This document shows, piece after piece, positions 26,392 to 35,489 of a DNA stretch of 64,000 bases (position 1 is the stretch's first letter; every line of letters starts with the position of its first letter). The translations under genes and the position numbers were made by a program. The DNA is taken from the NCBI GenBank assembly GCA_016183615.1, contig JACPEG010000029.1, positions 8,012-72,011 of the forward strand, in the 5' to 3' direction. Origin of the DNA: Betaproteobacteria bacterium. Lineage in GTDB: Bacteria; Pseudomonadota; Gammaproteobacteria; Burkholderiales; UBA6910. The notes under the pieces were generated by a model that searched no databases, was not told where the DNA came from, and was given only the letters and a program-made list of their open reading frames with translations.

Positions 26392-27411
26392 TCACACCTT
26401 GCGGCCCAGCATCCTGAGCCCGCCATTTCCCATCCGGGCCAGCACCGCGCCCGCCAGGACATAGCCCTCTCCATCCCGAATGATCTGGGTGCTCCAGCCG
26501 AGATGGCTCTCCGCCACCCGCGTGACCCTCGACACCGCGCCGTCGAGGCCGCCGGTCACCAGAACGCCCTTGTCTCCGACGGCGATCCAGGAGTTGCCGT
26601 CCCAGATGACGTTCAGCAGGTGTTCGCGGGTTCCGCTGTCGGCAGTGCTCCAGCTCTTGCCGCCGTCCCGGGTCGAGAGGATCGTGCCCGCGACGCCGAC
26701 CGCCACGCCGTTGAGCTTGTCCCTGAACGCCACCCCCATCAGGCTGGATTTCACCGGCGCCGCCACGGCTTTCCACGAAGCGCCGCCGTCGGTCGTCATC
26801 ATCATCTGTCCGAACTCGCCCACGAGCCAGCCGTTGTCCCCCACGAAAAAAATGTCGTTCCATGCCACATCCTTCTCCTCCGCCCTCCGGGTCCACGTCG
26901 CCCCGAAGTCTTCCGAGAACAGCAGCGCGCCCATTTCGCCGACTGCCCATGCCTTTCCGGCGTCAAGGGCCTTGACCTTGAGCAGCTTGTTGGCGACCTT
27001 CGACAGGGGAGCCTGGGACGGCGCCCAGGATCTCCCGCCGTCGCGGGTGGTCAGCACGGCCCCGTTGTTCCCCACCACCACTGCGCGGTCCTTGTCCCAG
27101 GTTGCGATGGACTGCAGATGAGCCGTGCGTTGCGCCGACTGGACCGACCAGCTCTGGCCGTCATCGTCGCTGCGCACGATCTTGCCGCCAGTGCCTACCG
27201 CCCATATGATCTTGGGGGCGGGAACGGCAACGCCGTAGAACGCGTCGCGCTTTTCGATGGCGGGCTGGGGAATCTGCGGAATATCCACCTCGGCCTTCAC
27301 GAACAAGCCGGCATAAAGAAGCCCTCCGATGATCAGCACCTCAAGCAGCGTGCCGATGATCGAGGTGACCCGCCTCCCGCGGCCTCCGTATTTTCTGAAA
27401 GCTCGTAACAT
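26392..27411 (-). CDS. YCF48-like BNR/Asp-box beta-propeller with N-terminal membrane anchor
   Basis: Start at MLRAFRKYGG after GGAGGA. TM segment IIGTLLEVLIIGGLLYAGLF. Asp-boxes DDGQSW, TRDGGRSW, SEDFGATW, TTDGGASW and TRDGGKSW. Confidence 0.8.
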   Translation of the reverse strand: MLRAFRKYGGRGRRVTSIIGTLLEVLIIGGLLYAGLFVKAEVDIPQIPQPAIEKRDAFYGVAVPAPKIIWAVGTGGKIVRSDDDGQSWSVQSAQRTAHLQSIATWDKDRAVVVGNNGAVLTTRDGGRSWAPSQAPLSKVANKLLKVKALDAGKAWAVGEMGALLFSEDFGATWTRRAEEKDVAWNDIFFVGDNGWLVGEFGQMMMTTDGGASWKAVAAPVKSSLMGVAFRDKLNGVAVGVAGTILSTRDGGKSWSTADSGTREHLLNVIWDGNSWIAVGDKGVLVTGGLDGAVSRVTRVAESHLGWSTQIIRDGEGYVLAGAVLARMGNGGLRMLGRKV

Positions 27412-27513
27412 CCTTTTCCTCCATTCATTCCCGGCGTCGCCGGTGCGGCACGCGCAACGCACTTCCGGGCGCATGGCCGATGAGCACCTGAAGATCGCTT
27501 GCAAAACGTAGGA

Positions 27514-27528
27514 GCAACAGTTGTGCCA
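27514..27528 (-). promoter_or_regulatory. sigma-54 (-24/-12) promoter TGGCACAACTGTTGC
   Basis: Exact TGGCAC-N5-TTGC spacing on the minus strand, about 100 nt upstream of the propeller gene start. It differs at one position from the promoter at 35475..35489. Confidence 0.7.
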
Positions 27529-27583
27529 ATTCGATAAATCGTTGTTTTGAGTTGCCAATCAATGCCACCGTCGTATGGAGACC

Positions 27584-27599
27584 GGGACAAAAATGTCCC
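27584..27599. promoter_or_regulatory. inverted repeat GGGACA-N4-TGTCCC, candidate enhancer-binding-protein site (UAS)
   Basis: Perfect 6-bp arms, 56 bp upstream of the -24 element. GGACA half-sites also occur upstream of the other sigma-54 promoter. Confidence 0.35.
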
Positions 27600-27660
27600 C
27601 GCGCAGAACGTTCGCGGAACAAATCTGCATCGCGCACCAGACAGTGATACCGGACGCCAA

Positions 27661-28527
27661 TCAGTTGCGTAGCGCCGAAACGATGGCCAGCACCTTCTCA
27701 GGCACCGCATCGGCCGGGACCGGCGCGAAAAGAAAGGACACGTTTTCGGGTACCACCGGCGCCGCGGCGTCCGCGTGCCACAATTCGGCAGGCACGCGGC
27801 AGCCCAGCACCGTGGAACCGGGCGCCGCCGGCATTTCTTTTGCCGGGCCCAGCAGAAAATTCACCCGGCCATCCAGCTTCTGCAGTCCCTGGACGGCATC
27901 GCCGACTTGCAGCCCCAGCGACCAGCGGTAATGCCCCGCCAGATTCATCACCGGGTTGCAGCGGTCGAGCAGTTCCGCCGCCGGCCGGCGGGGCTCACCG
28001 GCTGCATCGATCAGGATGCCGTCGAGACCGCATTCCGCGAAAGACCGCAGGCAATCGGCCAGGTACACGGCGACCGCCTCCTCTTCGTCGGGGCCGCATT
28101 CCGGCGTCCGCCCTGGATGCCCGGCTGCCAGGGCAAGCCAGCCGCACGGGGTAGGCACTCGCAGCACGAGAGGGGGAGAGCCGCGATAGGAGCGCGATAC
28201 CGCGTTGAGCAGATCCGCGAGCTGCGCCCTCGGTCCCTCCATGCCCAGCAACGTACGAGCCACCCTTTTTGCGGAGTGTCCGGGGGAAGCCGCCTGTGGA
28301 TTGCGCCGCAGCCAGTGGGCCATGAACGCGCCCATCGGAATCTCGATCACGTCGGATTTCAGCAGCGATTGCGCCTGCTGGATCCACCACAGCGAGTGGT
28401 GCGCGTCCGCCCACGCCTCGGCGCCGTCCTTCAGGAACAGCCGGATGGCGTAGTCGGCGCTGTCGATCCACAGCGGACGGGCCGCCTGCGTGCCGCCGCG
28501 AAGGGAGTCGGCAAGTGGTCGTGCCAT
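27661..28527 (-). CDS. hypothetical protein, last gene of the carboxylase operon (candidate fifth subunit or accessory factor)
   Basis: 288-aa ORF. AGGGGG RBS, 22 nt after the stop of the hydantoinase-B-type gene. No family recognised. Confidence 0.7.
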   Translation of the reverse strand: MARPLADSLRGGTQAARPLWIDSADYAIRLFLKDGAEAWADAHHSLWWIQQAQSLLKSDVIEIPMGAFMAHWLRRNPQAASPGHSAKRVARTLLGMEGPRAQLADLLNAVSRSYRGSPPLVLRVPTPCGWLALAAGHPGRTPECGPDEEEAVAVYLADCLRSFAECGLDGILIDAAGEPRRPAAELLDRCNPVMNLAGHYRWSLGLQVGDAVQGLQKLDGRVNFLLGPAKEMPAAPGSTVLGCRVPAELWHADAAAPVVPENVSFLFAPVPADAVPEKVLAIVSALRN

Positions 28528-28549
28528 GATTGCCCCCTGACCAACCGGA

Positions 28550-30799
28550 CTAGCGCTGCTCCAGCTCCTTCAGCCGGCGCTCGAGCTCCGCGATCCTGAC
28601 GTCCTTCGGATTCGGCATATAGACCGGCTCGATGGCATCCGCGGCCATCCTGCGCTGCGGCCCGCCGGCGAATATCGTGGACCGGTCATCGCCCCAGCAG
28701 CCGAAATAGGGCAGATGGGCCGGGGGTGTCGGCGTGACCCATTGTTCGAGAAAACGCTTGAACGGGACACCACGCGCCTTGCGCGAAGCCCGCTCGGACT
28801 GTCTCGCCTGCTCGGTCGCCTCGCGGTCGAGCACCAGTGTCTCCGGGTTGTAGGCGATGTGGTAGATCTCGCGCGCTGTCTCGCGGGAGATCAGTCCTTC
28901 CTCGATGTCCCTGATCACGAGATCGGGGTCGCGCTCGAGCACGTCGCCATAGCCGCCGCCGGCCCCCTGGGTGATCATGTACAGTTCGCCCCGGTTCGCC
29001 ACCTCGAACTGCAAGCCGGTGTGGTGGGACGTATAGGAGGCGCCCTCGAACGGCCGCTTGTTCATGATGTCGGGGATCGAGAACTCGAACTTGCGCGGAT
29101 CCTTCTTCATGATTTCGAAGACATCGACGCCCTTGACCTTGCACAGCGGGTAGGTCGGCGCGGCATAGCCGCCGAACAGCCCCGGCACGCTGGATATTTT
29201 CGAGCCGATGCAGCACACCATGAATCCCCACAGGGGGCTGCCCAGACTGGAGGCGATCATCTCGTAGCCCTGGCCGCCGCGGTACTTGCCGAACGCCTGG
29301 TTGTCGCGCATCAGCTTCTTGGACACGATCTGGATGAACGGTATTTCCTCTTCATTGAGCTCCTGCTCGCCCAGGTCGGCCATCGGCGCGAATATCGGCG
29401 CGATGGCGTGCTCGCCGTCGCGGTCCGCCCTGGCGCCGCCGCCCATCCCGTTCAGGTCGGCGCACAGATTACCGACCATTTCGTTATGCTGCGTGATGCC
29501 GCCGTAGATGAAGGTCCGGATCATGTTGTGCCATGGCGCCACCACCTTGGTGAATTTTTCCGGGCAGCCGTAGAGGAACTTGGCCACCGCCGCCTGGCCG
29601 GCGGTGAAAGCCGGGAAGAACGTCATCATGCTCTGGGCGTTCGGCGTGTGGTACGACGAATGCAGCGCCGACTTGCGGTCGGTCGCCACCCGGATCGGGG
29701 CGAACACCGCCTGGTTGCGCGGCAGATCCGGCCAGACGAACACCAGAAACAGCTGCGCCAGCATGCCCTTGAGGGAGGACAGCAGCGTATTGTTCGACCG
29801 GTTCGCGAACTCCGGACTCGAACCGCGGAAATCGAAAATCAGCTCGTCCCCCTGCTTGCGCAGGGCCAGGTTGATCTTGACCATGCAATTCTCGCGCAGG
29901 GTGCCGTCGGCGATGACCATGGTGCGGACCGTCCCGTCCGGCCAGGCGCTCACGCGCCGCTTCACCTCGGTCTTGACGTCGTCCAGGCCCTTGCGCAACG
30001 AGGAAATCACCGCATCGATGCCGAACTCCTCGATGGCCGATTTCACCCGCTCCTCGATGCGGCGGCAGACGAAGAGCTTTACCTTCATATCCTCATACTG
30101 CAGTTTCGGCTCGCGCACCGAGTTCTGCAGGAAGGTGACCAGGTCCTTCTTGAGCTCGTAGTTTTCCACCACCTTGAAGGGAGACATCTTCAGCCCCTCT
30201 TCGTAGACCTGTTCCGCAAGCGAGGGCATGCCGCCGGGCTCGATGGCGCCGTTCTCGCCCTCGTGCACCGTCGCTCCCGCCCAGGCCACCAGCCTGCCTT
30301 CGTGGAAGATCGGCAGCAGCAGGCTCTGGTCGGTGTTGTGGATGTTGCCGTAACGGGCATCGTTGTGGATGAACGCGTCGCCCGGCCTGATGCCGACGCT
30401 CGGATCGCCGGCCCAGTACTTGTTGATGAACTTCACCGGGTGATGGACCAGGGCCGCGAACAGCAGCACCCCCCCTGCACTCGACACGGCGAGATCGCCG
30501 CTCGCCGTATAGACGCCCGTGATCAGATCGCCCCACTTGGCGCCCGGTGCCGCGCCCATTTGCTCCAGCATCTCGAACGCTTCGTTGGCCCCGGCCTGGA
30601 GGCGATCGCGAATCAGCGTCAGCACCGCCGGATCGGTTTCCTTCTCCATCGCCCGGCTCTCGATCTCGGTTACCGGAGCGATGTCATGGTCTTCCATGAT
30701 TTCCGGGTCCGGCCCCAGGAACAGGACGTTGTCCGCCAGAAACTGGTCGATAAGCGCTTGTTCGCGATCGCTTTGATTCAGCTTCTCTACTTTGCCCAT
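28550..30799 (-). CDS. hydantoinase B/oxoprolinase-family subunit of an ATP-dependent ketone carboxylase
   Basis: 749 aa, collinear with acetone/acetophenone carboxylase hydantoinase-B-type subunits (…GDAFIHNDARYGNIHNTDQ…EGENGAIEPGG…). GGAG RBS. Confidence 0.9.
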   Translation of the reverse strand: MGKVEKLNQSDREQALIDQFLADNVLFLGPDPEIMEDHDIAPVTEIESRAMEKETDPAVLTLIRDRLQAGANEAFEMLEQMGAAPGAKWGDLITGVYTASGDLAVSSAGGVLLFAALVHHPVKFINKYWAGDPSVGIRPGDAFIHNDARYGNIHNTDQSLLLPIFHEGRLVAWAGATVHEGENGAIEPGGMPSLAEQVYEEGLKMSPFKVVENYELKKDLVTFLQNSVREPKLQYEDMKVKLFVCRRIEERVKSAIEEFGIDAVISSLRKGLDDVKTEVKRRVSAWPDGTVRTMVIADGTLRENCMVKINLALRKQGDELIFDFRGSSPEFANRSNNTLLSSLKGMLAQLFLVFVWPDLPRNQAVFAPIRVATDRKSALHSSYHTPNAQSMMTFFPAFTAGQAAVAKFLYGCPEKFTKVVAPWHNMIRTFIYGGITQHNEMVGNLCADLNGMGGGARADRDGEHAIAPIFAPMADLGEQELNEEEIPFIQIVSKKLMRDNQAFGKYRGGQGYEMIASSLGSPLWGFMVCCIGSKISSVPGLFGGYAAPTYPLCKVKGVDVFEIMKKDPRKFEFSIPDIMNKRPFEGASYTSHHTGLQFEVANRGELYMITQGAGGGYGDVLERDPDLVIRDIEEGLISRETAREIYHIAYNPETLVLDREATEQARQSERASRKARGVPFKRFLEQWVTPTPPAHLPYFGCWGDDRSTIFAGGPQRRMAADAIEPVYMPNPKDVRIAELERRLKELEQR

Positions 30800-30834
30800 G
30801 GTTTACTCCGAAAGTGTTGAGCGATGCAGAGCGC

Positions 30835-33024
30835 TCAGACGAGCGCCTTGTTGTTCGACGCCACCGTGCCCGCATCGACCGCCGGCTTCTCTGATCCAAG
30901 ACGCGTGAACCAGGCCGCGCCGTACTCGCCGATTTCCAGACGCCATCCCGGCTCGACCAGGTAGGTGGTTGTCGGCGACTCCACCACCGCCGGGGATTCG
31001 ACGATGTGCCCGACATCGAGCTGTTCCAGATCGTAGACGCCGGCTTCGACCGGCTCCTGGGAGCCGACGAAATAGCACATCCGGGTGCCGACCGGCGCCG
31101 GAGCTGCCGTCGCCTTGCCGGCCGGACGGATATGCTTGAAGTGGACCGTCTCCAGCTCCACGTAGCTCAGCACCCGGATGGTGTTGATCCGGATACCGGC
31201 CTCGGGCGCCTCGCTGCCCTTGCCGAAGCGGTTGCCGTAGTCGAGGGAGAACTGGTTGATCAGCGCCATGACATCGTCCATGCCGGAGAGGCGCGAGGCG
31301 GGCACCACCACGGTGGTCTGCACCAGCTGGTTGCCGTAGCGCATGTCGAGCTCCAGCCGGTGCCTGACATCCTCGCGCCGCATGCCCTGGCGCAGCAGGT
31401 CCTGGGTCCCGGCCGCCTCCAGTTCCTCCACGATGGCGTTGAATGCCCCGTAGTCGGAAAAGAGCTTGCGCGTGTTGCTGTCGTACACCCACATGAACAG
31501 CGAGCGCTCGTGGATGTGCAGCTGGTGCATGTTGCCGGCCCCCACCGCGGAGAACACCGAGCTGAACGGCGGAACCAGGATCTTGTTGATGCCCAGTTCG
31601 TTGGCGATGCCGCAGCAGTGCAAAGGCCCGTTGCCGCCATAGGCCAGCATGGTGAAGGAACGCGGGTCGTAGCCCCTGGAACGCAGCTCCTGGAAAATGC
31701 CGTTGGCCATGTTGCTGTCGACGCGGCGCTTGATCATCATGGCCGCCTCGATGGGCGAAACTGCCAGTTCTTCGCACAGATTGTCTTCGATCACCATCTT
31801 CGCGCGGGACGCCTTCAGCTTGATCTGGCCGCCTGCATAGTTGTCCGCGGCGAGATAGCCCAGGATCAGATCGGCGTCCGTCACCGTCGGCTCCATGCCG
31901 CCGCGGTCGTAGCACGCCGGGCCCGGATCCGATCCGGCGCTGGCCGGTCCCACCTGCACGGTGTGGTGCATGCGGTCGTAGCGCACGATCGATCCGCCGC
32001 CCGCCCCCAGCGTGACCAGGTGGATCATCGGGACGCTGACCAGCCAGCGCTCGATCACGGGGTTGAAGTCGTAGTGCTTGACCCCGCCGCTGACGACCAG
32101 CCCGATGTCGAAGCTGGTGCCCCCCATGTCGGTGCAGATCACGTTGCCCAGATCCGCTTCCAGCGCCAAGTGCTCGGAAGCGCTGACGCCCGCCACCGGA
32201 CCGGAGTGGATCGTCTGCAGGGAATCGGTTGAATTGAGCTGGGCCATGCCGCCCGAGTTGTGGATGACCAGCATCGGGCGCGAATAGCGCGACTCCCGCA
32301 GGTTCAGTTCCAGGGAACTCAGGCCGTGGTACATCACGTCGTGCAGGAAGGCATCCATGATGGACGAGGACATCCGCACGTACTCCCCCTTGCGGCCGGC
32401 CACCTTGTGCGACAGCACCACCGGCATCGCCCCGAGCATGTGCTCCGGGTACTCCTCCAGGAGCACCTCTTCGACGCGCCGCTCATGCGCCGGGTTCACT
32501 ACCGAGTTGACCAGCGCGACCACGAAGGCCTGGGCGCCGCGGTCGACCAGGTTGCGGATCCTCACGCGCAGATCGTCCTCGTCCAGGTGCATCAGCACCC
32601 CGCCGTTGGCGTCCAGGCGCTCGCGCACCCCGGCGATCATCGGAATCGGGACCAGCGCCTCGGGACGGCTCGCAGCCGGCAGGTCCTGCTGGTAGCGCAT
32701 GTCCAGGCCTTCCCCGTAGCCGCGCCCCCGGGACAGGGGCACCGCGCTCTCGAAGCCGGCAGTGACCAGCATCGCCACCCGCGGTCCCTTGCGCTCGATG
32801 AGGGCATTGGTGCCCAGCGTCGTCGCGTAGCGGACCGAGTCCACGCGCGACAGCGCCTCCTGCACATCGAGGTTCAGGTTCGAGCATGCACCTTCCAGGG
32901 CCTCCCTGAAGCCGAGCGCCAGGTTGTGGTGCGTGGTAAGGGCCTTGGACTGGATATAGTGCTTGTCCCAGACCATGAAACAGTCGGTAAACGTACCCCC
33001 GATATCGACCGCAACGCGCTTCAT
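30835..33024 (-). CDS. hydantoinase A/oxoprolinase-family subunit (paralogue 2) of the ketone carboxylase
   Basis: 729 aa. N-terminal MKRVAVDIGGTFTDCF and a second ATPase-fold phosphate loop CTDMGGTSFDIG. GGGAGG RBS. Confidence 0.9.
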   Translation of the reverse strand: MKRVAVDIGGTFTDCFMVWDKHYIQSKALTTHHNLALGFREALEGACSNLNLDVQEALSRVDSVRYATTLGTNALIERKGPRVAMLVTAGFESAVPLSRGRGYGEGLDMRYQQDLPAASRPEALVPIPMIAGVRERLDANGGVLMHLDEDDLRVRIRNLVDRGAQAFVVALVNSVVNPAHERRVEEVLLEEYPEHMLGAMPVVLSHKVAGRKGEYVRMSSSIMDAFLHDVMYHGLSSLELNLRESRYSRPMLVIHNSGGMAQLNSTDSLQTIHSGPVAGVSASEHLALEADLGNVICTDMGGTSFDIGLVVSGGVKHYDFNPVIERWLVSVPMIHLVTLGAGGGSIVRYDRMHHTVQVGPASAGSDPGPACYDRGGMEPTVTDADLILGYLAADNYAGGQIKLKASRAKMVIEDNLCEELAVSPIEAAMMIKRRVDSNMANGIFQELRSRGYDPRSFTMLAYGGNGPLHCCGIANELGINKILVPPFSSVFSAVGAGNMHQLHIHERSLFMWVYDSNTRKLFSDYGAFNAIVEELEAAGTQDLLRQGMRREDVRHRLELDMRYGNQLVQTTVVVPASRLSGMDDVMALINQFSLDYGNRFGKGSEAPEAGIRINTIRVLSYVELETVHFKHIRPAGKATAAPAPVGTRMCYFVGSQEPVEAGVYDLEQLDVGHIVESPAVVESPTTTYLVEPGWRLEIGEYGAAWFTRLGSEKPAVDAGTVASNNKALV

Positions 33025-33027
33025 CGC

Positions 33028-33456
33028 CTACCTCCCGCCATGGTGATGCTTGTTGCACTGGGGCTGGTGTGCCACTCCCATCGGATCCGGACCCGCGAGC
33101 TCCGCCCCGCTGAGCGGTCGGCGGCCGCGCCATTGCGCCTTGAGGGCGTCAATGTCGAACTCCATGTCATTGAGCGGGGGATGGCCTATTGGAAGGTATT
33201 CGGTCTCCACCATGGTCCCGCACTCGGGACAGTAGTACTCGATGATCCGCACCCATTCGTGGTCCGGAGAAAAGGTGTACTCATAGAGCTTCGGGTCAAG
33301 GATCGGCTTGTGGATCTCGCGCGGATCGCGCACATAGGCAAGAAGCCCCTCCTTGTACGGACGCCGGGCGGAGCCGATCTCATGTCCGCAGCAACGGCAG
33401 CCCCAGGATTCCCGCTCCAGGTCGATCTCCAGATATTCGGTCATTGGCACCTTCAT
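33028..33456 (-). CDS. acetone-carboxylase-gamma-type small zinc-ribbon subunit
   Basis: 142 aa with Cys pairs CRCCGH and CPECG. AAGGAG RBS. The ATG overlaps the stop of the upstream gene (ATGA). Confidence 0.85.
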   Translation of the reverse strand: MKVPMTEYLEIDLERESWGCRCCGHEIGSARRPYKEGLLAYVRDPREIHKPILDPKLYEYTFSPDHEWVRIIEYYCPECGTMVETEYLPIGHPPLNDMEFDIDALKAQWRGRRPLSGAELAGPDPMGVAHQPQCNKHHHGGR

Positions 33457-35429
33457 TTCTTGCGGCTCCTTGTGTGCTGCAATACGATGTCCAGGTTGTC
33501 ATTGATGGCGAAGCGCCATCCCTCCGGCACCCGGCACGTGAAATACTCCTCCTCGATGATCGCGGGCCCGTCGGCGTACATGCCCGGGCTCATGTCCTCC
33601 AGCCGGAACAGGGGCAGATCGACCCGCCCGTGTCCGACCAGTGCCGAATCCCGGCCCGGCGTAACCCGGGTGCCGAGCGCCTGGCGGGTCCGGAGCGCCG
33701 TCGCACGGCTGGCGGGTGCGGTATCCAGCGGCCTGAGAGAGAAGTGAGGAATCGGCTTCGTGGCCCGGACCAGCACGCGCGGGTTGTCGCCAGGCCTGAG
33801 GCCTTCCGGCAGGCGTATCTCGCCGTTCAGATGGTGAGCGGCTTCCACTCCGTCACGCGCGAAGGTGAGCGCCCGCTCGATCGCACACTCGGACAGATCG
33901 AATCCCTCCGCAAACATGTCCCGCTCGGCGCGCGCCGCCAATCTTTCAAGCGTCTCCTGCAGGCCCTTGGCGCTGATCTCCGGAAGCGCAGCATCATAGG
34001 TATGGGCGATGTCGCTGAAACCGATGCCGAAGGCGCTGAACACGGCTGCCAGACGCGGCACGATGATCTCGCCGATGCCCAGATGCTGCGCGACTCCGCA
34101 TGCGGCGATCGGGCCGGCGCCGCCGAACGCGAGCAGCGTGGTGTTCGCGGGGTGTTTGACTTGGGGGGCCATGGCGTGGGCAATCTTCTCCTGGTAGGCC
34201 CGCTCCATCATCAATACCGCTTCCTCGACGCTCGCCCCCAGGGGCCCGGCCACGTTTTCCTGAACCGCGGCTCTCGCCCGTTCGATATCCAGGCGCAAAT
34301 TGCCGCCGAAGTAGGAATCGGGATCGAAGATTCCCATCAGCAGGTAGGCGTCGGTAATCGTGGCTTGGCGTCCGCCGCGCCCGAAGCAGGCCGGCCCCGG
34401 GGTGCTGCCCACGCTCTCCGGTCCGACCACGATCTCCCCGCTGACGACGCGGAACACCGAACTTCCGCCCGCGCCCAGACTCTCGACCTCGCTCAGGGGG
34501 AAGGAGATGGCGATCGATTCGAGCTCCCCCCAGCGTTGCTCACGCACCCGGGCGTGATCGACCATGCCGATGTCCGTCGTGGTACCGCCGATGTCCATGG
34601 TCACGATGGTCTTGCGGTCATAGTGCTGGGCGATCGCCTTCGCACCCTCCATGCCTCCGCGCGGTCCCGAGCCCCAGGTCTTCAGCGCGATGGTCTTCGC
34701 CACCCGGGAGGACGTTCCGTCGTTGCAGAAAATCAGCAGGGGATTCTTCGCCCGGTAATCGCGCAGCACGTTTTCGGCGTTGTAAAGAAACCGCTCCATC
34801 GCCGGGTGCAGGAAGGAATTGAGCAGGCCGCTCCACGTGCGTCGCGCGTCATCGCCGTCATCGGACAGCTGGTGGGAATACAGGATCGGCACCGCCCCCA
34901 GCAGATGCCGCGGATAGCGCAGGAGCGTCACCCGCTTGACCCGCGACTCGTCATCGATGAGGGTTTCGCCCCCCAGGCTCACAACGATCCGGTTGGCGCC
35001 CTGCGACATCAGGTGGTTGATCACCGTGGTGATGTTTGCCTCGAATGCCTCATCGTCTAGACCCAGGTCGAGAGAACCGACGCGGTCGCCCACCATCGCC
35101 TCGAACAGCTCCCTTTCGTCGTCGTTGCGGATCAACCTGGAGATGCCGGCGCCCTGGCGCACAATCAGCCCCAGCCGCGGTCCGATTCTCTGGACTACCG
35201 CGTTCGTTCCCTGGGTGGTGGAATAGCGGATGTAATCCACCTGCTCCAGCAACGCCTCAAGGCACGGCTCGCCGTAGATCTTGCGGGATGCCTCCTTCAG
35301 CACTTCGACGAAGCACATGGTCAGATCGTGCGGCGTGGTCAGCGTCTTGGCGTGAAACACCCGATCGCCGTGAATCACGCATGCGTCCGTCAGGGTCCCG
35401 CCGTTGTCGATGCTCACAAGCATTGGCAT
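33453..35429 (-). CDS. hydantoinase A/oxoprolinase-family subunit (paralogue 1) of the ketone carboxylase
   Basis: Start at MPMLVSIDNGGTLTDAC after GAGG. Second loop TMDIGGTTTDIGMV. Clearly divergent from the 30835..33024 paralogue. Confidence 0.9.
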   Translation of the reverse strand: MPMLVSIDNGGTLTDACVIHGDRVFHAKTLTTPHDLTMCFVEVLKEASRKIYGEPCLEALLEQVDYIRYSTTQGTNAVVQRIGPRLGLIVRQGAGISRLIRNDDERELFEAMVGDRVGSLDLGLDDEAFEANITTVINHLMSQGANRIVVSLGGETLIDDESRVKRVTLLRYPRHLLGAVPILYSHQLSDDGDDARRTWSGLLNSFLHPAMERFLYNAENVLRDYRAKNPLLIFCNDGTSSRVAKTIALKTWGSGPRGGMEGAKAIAQHYDRKTIVTMDIGGTTTDIGMVDHARVREQRWGELESIAISFPLSEVESLGAGGSSVFRVVSGEIVVGPESVGSTPGPACFGRGGRQATITDAYLLMGIFDPDSYFGGNLRLDIERARAAVQENVAGPLGASVEEAVLMMERAYQEKIAHAMAPQVKHPANTTLLAFGGAGPIAACGVAQHLGIGEIIVPRLAAVFSAFGIGFSDIAHTYDAALPEISAKGLQETLERLAARAERDMFAEGFDLSECAIERALTFARDGVEAAHHLNGEIRLPEGLRPGDNPRVLVRATKPIPHFSLRPLDTAPASRATALRTRQALGTRVTPGRDSALVGHGRVDLPLFRLEDMSPGMYADGPAIIEEEYFTCRVPEGWRFAINDNLDIVLQHTRSRKK

Positions 35430-35474
35430 TGATTTACCTCGATCAGAATTCGGTTGGTTGCGCTGATGGCAAAA

Positions 35475-35489
35475 GCAACAGCTGTGCCA
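35475..35489 (-). promoter_or_regulatory. sigma-54 (-24/-12) promoter TGGCACAGCTGTTGC
   Basis: Exact consensus spacing on the minus strand, about 45 nt upstream of the first carboxylase gene. Coordinates were cross-checked against an overlapping ORF translation. Confidence 0.75.
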
